Assembly (NCBI GenBank): GCA_964247055.1 | Contig: OZ176051.1 | Location: 14,198,001-14,262,000 of the forward strand | Origin: Paragordius varius | Taxonomy: Eukaryota > Animalia > Nematomorpha | Direction: 5' to 3' | Length of the DNA stretch: 64,000 nt | Part shown: one piece after another, positions 55,108 through 64,000 of the stretch | How positions within the stretch are numbered: the first letter of the stretch is position 1 | Layout: the number at the start of each line of letters is the position of its first letter | The notes under the pieces: generated by a model | The model's input: the letters and a program-made list of their open reading frames with translations, nothing else | Databases searched by the model: none | Told to the model about the DNA's origin: nothing | Translations under genes and position numbers: made by a program

Positions 55108-55166
55108 ATTATTAATTAATACCAATTTTAAAAATATAAATTAGGTTATAATCAATTTATTTAGAT

Positions 55167-55960
55167 TTATACATAATCCCATGGGGCAAAAACATCTTGA
55201 ATTTCATTTGTTCCATTATCTTTGTAATAATATCTCAAGGTAAGAATGAAATAGGTCCCCTTCCAATCAGTCAAATTAATATCGATAAAATTTTGTGTTA
55301 GCTGTATTTTTAATTGCAAATAATTTCATAAAAATTTATTTTTGATAAATGTAATAAAAATATATTAAAAATTTTTAAAACGATTACATTTATTGATATT
55401 TTTGAACAATTAATACTTCAATTATAATAATGAAGAAAATTTGATACCAGATCAAAAAATGCCTTAAATTTACCATTTTATTTTATTAACAATTTTTTGA
55501 CAGCCATCAGTTTGAACAGCAGATTTTGTTTTTCTAAATTGGCCATGTAAATGACCATTAAATCCGTATATTTTAAAAAGATTAATTAAAAGGATTTCCT
55601 CAAAAAATGATGCTTTATGATAAACTAAACAGAAATTAGTTTATATCATTTGTTATGGGACTTATGCAAAAAATTCAAGTTTTACTTTTTTGAAGTCTCT
55701 CTCAACTATCGGTGTTGTGCCTTCTATTCTCTCGATTTGTAGATCAGCTGAGGAAAAGTTTTCCGGGATTGTCCAATTTAAAACAAAAGTGTTTCCCGTT
55801 ATGTGTTTTCCATTAATGAACAAATTTTGTGTGGCTGTGCTTAATGCTAAAATATATTTTATAAGCCAATTTAAAATAATATACGCTTGTTTGAGCAGGA
55901 ATACTGCAAACCATTCCAAACAATCATAGTAATTATCACATATCGATAAAAATATTTCAT
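55167..55960 (-). CDS. Orphan secreted glycoprotein, about 174 aa; exons 55960-55885, 55846-55686, 55598-55474, 55415-55388, 55301-55167
   Basis: Signal-like MKYFYRYVIITMIVWNGLQYSCS, a 38-nt GT-AG intron, then an open exon (includes ORF 55662-55919). The terminal exon reads LTQNFIDINLTDWKGTYFILTLRYYYKDNGTNEIQDVFAPWDYV*. Sequons NWT, NFS, NCS, NLT, NGT. The middle exons are tentative (the model uses a GAG acceptor). Confidence 0.55.
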
Positions 55961-56880
55961 GATATAAAAATGCTGAAAAGATTAGAAAAAAAAACCTTGA
56001 TTTTTGTAATACAATTATAATTTATAGTTTTTTGGGTTTGTTTTGATGGTAAAAAAATAGCCCCATTATATTGCGCAATGTTTCATCATCATATTATTAT
56101 TATCAATTATATGATAATTTTGTTGTTTTCTTTTCAACTAGCCTAGAAAACATCCAAATTATAGTATCATCGAGTATTTTTGGAAACATTTTTTGTTAAT
56201 AATTTATACCAATGGTATTCAGCAAAATATTTAAAGGGCCGCAATAATATTTATCTTGTTTCAAGGGCCGGTAACCCCATGCAATACCGATAAAAATTTC
56301 ATTGTTCGACACATTTGCAGATATTTATAGTCAAAATAACTTGGTAAAAAAATTTAATAATAATTTAAACAATAAACCTTTTTAAGTCAGCATGCGGCAC
56401 GTGGGCCGCGGTTTATGTACCACTTATTTATTAATTCAAAGAAAAAATATATATATGGTCTTTCGCATTTTTGAAATTTTCGACCTTTTATTTTTGGCTA
56501 ATATCAGCAGTGTATTCATAGTAAATTAATGTAAACGTTTCGTAATCAAAACAGTCACAAAAAATATCTTGATGAATTAATATGAGAGTCCATCAGATTC
56601 TTATTATAAAAATAATTACATTTTGTTGAGCTGCATATTGCAAAATCGTAAAATTAGATTCTACGGTAAATAAAATGGTGAAAGCTAACGCTTCAAATAT
56701 ATATTCATTTTTATAAATTCTTTGGGATATCATACAATGATTCAAAAAAATGTGCGAAATTATATCTATAAGAATTTTTTCTCTTTTTATTAATTTTGGT
56801 TTTCTTTAATGTATATACATATTCCTATCTCAGTTGTAAAGATGCGTATATTTTTTCATTTTTATTTAGTGACACTAGTC

Positions 56881-59584
56881 CAGGGGTGGCCACACTTTTT
56901 TTGTCGCGAGCTTTTTTTTGGCTTTTTTGTTAAAAAAAGAGTTCGCGGTCACCCAGAAATATTTATCAAAAAAACTCAATCAACACTTTAAATGTTGTAT
57001 ATACCTGCTTTACAGATTAGAGTGACTTGTTTAAACCATTTTAAAATTGTAATTTTTTTATCTATCAACCAAATACAAAAATAATTTTAATTAAAAGACA
57101 ACGGGTTATTAACTACCTTAATTTTTTAACCAACATAAAACACTTCAAAATATTTATTTATTAAATTTCTATTATATGAAATTTTACAATATAAAAATTT
57201 AAACAATGCATTTGAAATTACAGGGGAGAATACATTATGATACAAAAAATAAAAGAAATAAAAAATAGCATTCCAATTTAGAACCATAATTTGAACATAA
57301 ATAAGAGTACATTAAAATTGTATCAGTTTTAATTCTATCCACATATTTTTTAGTAAATCGGCTTTTTCCTAAGCGAAAATACAACTCGATAAACATCCAT
57401 ATTTAATAAAGAAAAAAATATTTAAAACGCCCGACTGCGAAAAAATTCAGAAAGTTTATCTAAATTAGGTTCAAATAAAGTCAAAGCAATTCTCAAACAT
57501 GATTCTAAATGTTTATTAGTTAATTGTGACCTCTGTTTAGTTTTGATAGCATTCATAATTGAAAAAGCCGATTCACATAAATATGTGGATCCAAAAAAAG
57601 AAATGAATAATGCAGCGGTTTTCCAAATATGGGTCTTTATTTATAAATTTATATATATCTGATCCTAATGATTTTAGATGGATATCGCATTTAACATTTA
57701 TTAATTCCTCTTCCAACTCTGCTAAATTTGGTACACCAAGAAAGTGGCTGAGTTTTTGAGCAATATATTCAACATTATTATTAAATGGGCATGATAAAAA
57801 AATAGCGATGTCTTCAAGTTTATTTATAGATGAAAATCGTTTTTCAAAATCATTAATAAGCAGACCAATATCATCTGCATATTTTTCAAAAGAGAGATTC
57901 TCTATTTTTTCAGACACCGCTGCCAGATTAAAAAAATGTTTTAAATCTCGGTTTTTTAATTGTGTTTCTACTACTGTTAGTGTTTCCTTAAAAGATTTTA
58001 AAGCACCCATCATATCCATTATTGTTTTATCTTTTCCTTGTAATTGGATGTTTAATTTATGCAATTTTTCCGTGATATCGCATGAAAATGCAAGAAGCAG
58101 CCAATCTTGATCTTTCAATTCAGGGTATGAAAATTTAGAATTCTCTAAAAAAATTTCTATTTGTGGTAAAAGTTGCCTAAATCTAATTAAAAATGCGGCA
58201 CGACTCAACCACCTTACATCAGTATGTAATAAAAGTTCTCCATATTCCACGCCGCACTCATTTAACAAAATTCGAAATTGGCGGCGGGACAAGCTTTTTG
58301 TTCGAATGGCGTTAACAATTTTAAAACAGGGGTTCATTACATGATGGTATTTTAAAACTTTTGAACATAAAACTTGATTATGGATTATACAATGGTAATC
58401 AATGAACTTGGGAAATGCACTGTGATTTTTACATAAAGCGATAAAGCCGTTGTTAACGCCAATCATCGCTGGAGCTCCATCAGTAGTTATAGATGCGAGT
58501 TTTACGATGGGAAATTTCGTATCTGTGATAAATTTATAAAAAAAATCAAAAATATCCTGCCCTCTGGTTCGTTCGTGGAGAGGTATTATAGTTAATAATT
58601 CCTCCTTTGCAGATAAATCACTAAATATCATACGAATAAAAATGCATAATTGGGCGATTCCAACATAATCGGTGGACTCATCGAGTGGCAAGGAAAAAAA
58701 ATACAGTTATTAATATTTTCATGTAAAATTTCATCAAGATTATTACTAATATCTTCAGCCCTGCGCATAACGGTATTTCTCGATAAGCTTATGCTTTTAA
58801 TAGCTGTCATAATATTATTTTTGTTATCAAAATTTTCAAATAAAATATCACAAGCGCTAATAAAGGCTTCTTTTAATATTTCACCATCTTGGAATGGCTT
58901 ATTGTTCCGAATGAGTATTTCCGCTACCTTGAATGAAGCAATCGTAGCATTTTTATAGTCTTTGTTGTATTTAAGTATGCTATTTTGTGAGGCGGATAAT
59001 TGTTCTTTTAATTCCCTTACTTTAATGTTGCGTTCTTGAGTTTGTAAGGGGTAGTTTTTGGAGTAATGTGGATGCAGAGATCTATAATGTCTTTCAATAT
59101 TTGACTTTTTGGGCAAAGCAACAGTACTATTGCATATTAGACAGGTGCATGTTTCATTTATCATAATAAAAAAGTATTTATGCTCCCAATTTTTCTTGTA
59201 TCAGTACAACTTTTTTTGGCTCATTCTAAAATATAAGTTTTAAAAACCTACATTTGGTGTATCAAATCAAATCTAACTTCACGATTATGCTTCTGATTTA
59301 TGAATAAGCTTTGCTCAAAGTTTTGATTGATTTTAAGTTTTAATGCAAATGCTCCAAAACATATGTATTATAATTAATAAAATAATTTTTTTACACCCTT
59401 TACTTAGACGTTTTTTTTAATTTAAACCGTATTTTTTTGTATTTTAAATTTAAATTCGCTCAGAAGTAGCCAACTATCCGAAAAAAATCAATAAAATTTT
59501 TTAAAAAAAAATATTTTCAGGCAGTCACTTTTTGAGTTGTCGCGGTCACGAAAGTGACAGCGGTCACCTCGTTGGCCACCCCTG
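56881..59584 (-). mobile_element. Delimited Buster-type hAT transposon with disrupted GTF2IRD2-like transposase
   Basis: Perfect 12-bp TIR CAGGGGTGGCCA. Perfect 8-bp TSD CACTAGTC (56873-56880, 59585-59592) with central TA. BED-type CLIC...RHY finger, LDESTD, TTDGAPAM, HCIIH, HTDVRWLSR, GSTYLCESAFS. One early TGA after ATG 59224 and frameshifts near 58690 and 57600. Confidence 0.96.
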
Positions 59585-60019
59585 CACTAGTCAACAAATT
59601 TAACCTTTTTTAGCTGCCAATCTTGTTAATTAAATTTGATTAAAGTGCATAAATAGTATATCTGAAAAGAAAATTGGTCTAACACCTAAGATTTTTTTAT
59701 TAGGATTTATCGATTTTTTTAGCCCCGATATAATATTAAACTCGAAATTTTAAAATTCAAAGTTATATATAGAGAGCCATGTACTCTATATCATCCGAAA
59801 GAGCGTGAAAAACTACTTTCGAACAATAGATTTAAATCAATCTATGTAAAAGTTATTTGGGTTTATTTGATCAAAATTTTCAATCCTTAAATCAGTCAAA
59901 ATTCTTTACAGCCAAACTAATTAAAAAATCATATAAATTATTTTAATATAATTATTAGGTTTTATTAGTAAATAATTTAGAAAAAATCTTTGAACAAGCT
60001 TTTAGTTTGCTTTGCAAAT

Positions 60020-61238
60020 TATTCTGCCCCAGGCGCCGTTATTTGGGGGCGCCTAAATTATTTTTTTAATAAAATTTAAATTATGCAAAAATATAACACT
60101 TTCAAGCAATTTTAGCATTTACGTAATAATCCCTACAATAATACAACTATTATATAAATGAGATCAAGAGCAAACATTATACAAAAAACAACTTTCATGT
60201 AGATATTCCCTTCAACATGTGCAAAGTTATTTTTTCGCTCAAAAAACGTTCTATCACGCACATATTGTTAATTGTTTTATTGCCTTAATTTATTTTAACG
60301 TCTCTCTCTGTTCAAAACCTTATCTATAATTTATAATTCCTTTATTTTAAATCATATTCAATTACAAAACCCAATTTTATTTATTTATCCATCTATAATA
60401 AGGTAGGTTTTTATTAATATAGCCTTGTGTTTTTTATAATTACTTTCATTTCATCAGATATCAATGCCTAAACTGAGCGGTAACGCAAATAGGAAAAAAA
60501 TGGAGGAAGAGAATAAAACAAATAAAATACGAATGAGTTGAAATCTTAGTTAACGAAAATATCTGACCATAACATTGAAAAAAATGTATGCGATAAACAT
60601 AACAGTACCGCTTAATAATAGTAATTTGATACACCTGAAATCCTAGTTAATGATTCAATAAATAAAGATGAGAAAGCTACAAATATACCATTTGTGATTT
60701 CAAGCGCTATACCTACAGAGTTTAATGATACCCCCTATAAATTTATTAATAAAAATTCCCTTATTATCTAATCGCCAGAAATGATTATTTGTGGATTTCA
60801 AGGATTTCAAAATAAATGCAATCTGTTTGAAACAAAAAATCATCATCCAATGCCCCAATCTTGGTTATTTCGTGGTCGGTAAAAAAGAAGGATATGAACT
60901 TCAGAATTTTTGGCTTTTATATTTACCAAAAAACAGATCTGTGTATTCTTTTTGTTGCCTATTTTTTGATCGATCTAATCTAATTCTTTACCATCATCTT
61001 TTATAACGATGCATGGTTGTAATGGAGGAGAATTATAAAATAACATGATGAAAATAGCCTCAACCAAAGCATTTACCACTTGGAAAAGAGGCAGAAAGCA
61101 GATTGATAAAACAGGAATTGATTCTGCTTTAGAAGCTCGGGTGTTTAGGTTGCAATGTTTTATTGGCTTTAAAAGGAGAAAAGGGCGCGCCATAAGTGTT
61201 TTATGCCCCGGGCGCCCCAAATGTTCGGTACGCCACTG
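60020..61238 (+). mobile_element. Internally deleted ZMYM1-like hAT element
   Basis: MPKLSGNANRKK start near 60463. TTF-type finger remnant FWLLYLPKNRSVYSFCCLFF in ORF 60791-61006. Terminus GGTACGCCACTG at 61238. Left TIR not found. Confidence 0.6.
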
Positions 61239-62289
61239 GATGGTAGTTTTGTAAAACCAAAAAACTTAAAATAGCTGTTTTGAATGACATAAAAGCAATA
61301 AAGTGTATTACTCAAAAAACTCCCTAGCGTTATCTTTCTAGACCTTAAACTTTTGTAGTTCACCACCCCATTTATGATTGCGAGTTTTTTAACTCCCCAA
61401 CAAAAATAAAATAAAAATAGTAGTTTCTTCGAAATAACACTTAGAAATTTTTTTGATAATATTTATCAAGATTATTTCGGTTTTGAGAGATTGAAAAAAA
61501 TAAATCTACATTTTTTATAAATTTCTATAACATTCATGGTAAATTTATACAAGATACTAGCTGGCCCTGTCACGCTTCTCTGTAACGTAGTCTCACCGAT
61601 AATTATTCTTAAGAAATTGCAATAAAAAGAGAGATAAAAAATAATAATAAAACATATTTTTCAAAAAGAATGTCTTTATATATTTTTTTACGGTTTTTTG
61701 CACAGGCTGAAATATTGTTTGCTCGAAATCGTTAATCTGTCCCTTATTAAAGTTAATATTCAACTATGATGGGTATTATTTTAAGATTTTCATTTTAGGA
61801 AATCATGGTTAAAAGTTCTAATTCATACAGCTGGGATCAAGGGATATAAAAAAATCATTTGTGGTCCCTTTTTTAAGGAAATAATGATATTATACAAATT
61901 CCCAATGTTTAAAACTCGTATGGCTTCCTAAGTTTTTTGAAAATTAACTCCAAAATCACGCCATTTTTCTATGGCGTCTCAGTTTTAAACCGGTAGACCC
62001 CTATATATGGAAAAAGCGCTGAGTTAAATTCTTTGCTTTTATAGGGCAAATATTTTGGATCATCTTTGATACCATCGTCTCATGGGTTATTCGAAAAAAT
62101 ACCTCAACACTAATAATTGTTATATGATGGAGTTTTAGGGCATAAAGGCCCCAAATTAACGATTAAAACCTGACCTTAATATTTACCTAGTTACGGGTAA
62201 TATTTCAAGCTTTTAAAGAGCTCATATGGCTTCATAGATTTTCTGTAAATTAGCTCCAAAACAACGCAATTTTATATATTGGCGCAGTT

Positions 62290-62782
62290 TTAGCGGCTCT
62301 GTTTACCCAGCAGCCAATATTAAAAAAACGCAAGACTTAAATTTTTGCCTTTTAACAGAGAATAACTCGAATCCTCAGTAATTTTAACGGCATGCCCTGG
62401 GCAAAAAAATATTTAGTTTTTTGTAAAAAATGGCATTTTACGGGGAAACGGGTAAAAAGAGAGCCTTAATTAAAAAAGTAAGCCGATTAGGTTCGGCGCA
62501 ATCGAAAAGAAGTAAAAATAATTTGAAATCAAATGGTCCAACACCTTTCCAAGGAAATTGTATCAGAGACACGATTTTTCTGGACTTCTGTTTCCAAAAA
62601 AACCCGTTTTTTACAGGGGGTGGTCTCGAACTGGGAATCTAATTCAAAAATGGGCGAAGCTATTGTCGGGGCATTCATTAATGATTATATTTTTTTGACA
62701 TTTGGAGGATTTGAATGGGTCCACCGGTTTTCCGGAAACAGATCACAAAGCCAGTATTTTCCATTTTTATAAATATATAGAT
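62290..62782 (-). repeat. Inverted copy of the 35958-36480 dispersed repeat
   Basis: Reverse-complement similarity over about 490 bp. Confidence 0.85.
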
Positions 62783-63439
62783 TTTAATGATCGGAATATA
62801 AATGCTGATATAAACAGTCTTTCCGAACCAGAAGATTTTATGATATATTTATCTACGGATGATTGTTATTTTTCTTTATAACAATAATTTTACAAGTTAA
62901 AAAACATTTTTTGTTTAATTGTATTTTTATCACTCGCGACCCCAAATGGGGTCGCGACCCATAGATTAAGAAGCCCTGTTCTAGACATTCATTGCCATAA
63001 AAACAATGTTTAAGCTATTTTTACCATCAGTTTTAAAAATATTCTAATTAAACGTCTCGCTTCGCGCGTTTGTAGCTTCCTGGGTCCAATAATAACTATC
63101 AATTTAAAATATCGTTAGCATTATATAGTTTTCATTACTCTTACGATTGATATATTACAAATGGGCATTTGTTGTTTATTTTCAAAGAAAAGCATTTATT
63201 AGTAAAGTTTTGATAAAAAGGGCGCATAACCAAAAAAATTAAACTAAACAAAATTCTCAGGTGGATCATAATTTTTATTTCGGATATACTTTTAAAATGA
63301 TAGTAAATATCACAAAAAACTGTGTAAAAATTTATTTATTTTTTGGTTAGATTTTTTTTTCATTTAATTATTTTAGTGTTTATTTTTTTATTTATTATAA
63401 TACTTGGTTGTATTTTCATTTTCATGGGATTTGTTTGTG

Positions 63440-63890
63440 AAGCGTGCAGGCCATGTGCTTTGCCAGTATAAATGGTTCGTTGATAAGTAGGCTATATGAA
63501 TTAGTTTATGAGGTAAAAAAGGTAAATTTCTTTTCAGGAGACTAGATACCCTGGAAACGGCACTAAGACGTGAGATGCTAACTATAAAATGTTTTAGTTA
63601 AGGTTCTACGGATAGTTACAGTGGGAATTGCCATAATAGTCTGTCTAAGATTTGCCAATCAAGTATTTGAGGTTAGACGTGCAGAGAGTAGAATTTTAAG
63701 TATTGACCTGCTGGATAAGAGCGTTTCATCTTTAGCGTTTATGCTATCCAGATAAGGCTGACTTAACTGGAGAAAGATAATTACTATTTATTAGACGGAG
63801 AGAAAAATCATATTTTTAGATGATTTCGATGGGCATGAGGGAAAATATAGAAGAGGTTGGATTGGCATGGCAAAAGGGTGCTAATTTATT
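63440..63890 (+). mobile_element. RTE LINE endonuclease fragment
   Basis: FQETRYPGNG...YKMF and KIIFLDDFDGHEG correspond to the RTE APE motifs LQETxW and GDFNGHVG. Many stops. Confidence 0.7.
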
Positions 63891-64000
63891 AAAATTTTCT
63901 CAATCAAATAACTTAGCTATAAAAATACCATTACCTAAAGGATTAGCCATTTTTATCTATGAAAGTGAATAAATAAGTCACAGATCGATTATATCCTTGT

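Noticed and set aside
57573-59164. Domesticated GTF2IRD2/ZBED-like host gene
   Set aside because: Bounded by perfect TIRs and TSD, intronless and disrupted; it is a transposon copy.
62934-62956. Perfect GC-rich hairpin TCGCGACCCC-AAAT-GGGGTCGCGA as a terminator or RNA gene
   Set aside because: It lies just inside a hAT-like end (AAGAAGCCCTG) and resembles a subterminal palindrome of a MITE.

Overview
AT-rich eukaryotic (animal-type) genomic DNA with spliceosomal introns and dense transposon debris; the species cannot be named from sequence alone. Recognisable host genes: ARF1 (4 exons), a LAMTOR1-like gene head-to-head with ABT1/ESF2, a corticotropin-releasing-factor-binding protein (CRHBP) homologue spread over about 15.6 kb, and intronless TIMM8. 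Most are split across ORF-track entries or missing from it because several introns are only 28-38 nt. Unrecognised genes assembled by hand: a duplicated two-exon gene for a 54-aa secreted peptide (two copies 12.57 kb apart), a probable secreted-protein pseudogene with an acidic Tyr-rich tail between those copies, and an orphan secreted glycoprotein converging on TIMM8. Mobile elements: a decayed but fully delimited Ty3/Gypsy element (both LTRs, 5-bp TSD), a delimited Buster-type hAT (12-bp TIR, 8-bp TSD), other hAT, mariner, piggyBac, Penelope and RTE remnants, and a TTAA-flanked MITE family. No tRNA, rRNA or CRISPR was found. All exon models and family calls come from manual translation and recalled motifs, not database searches.
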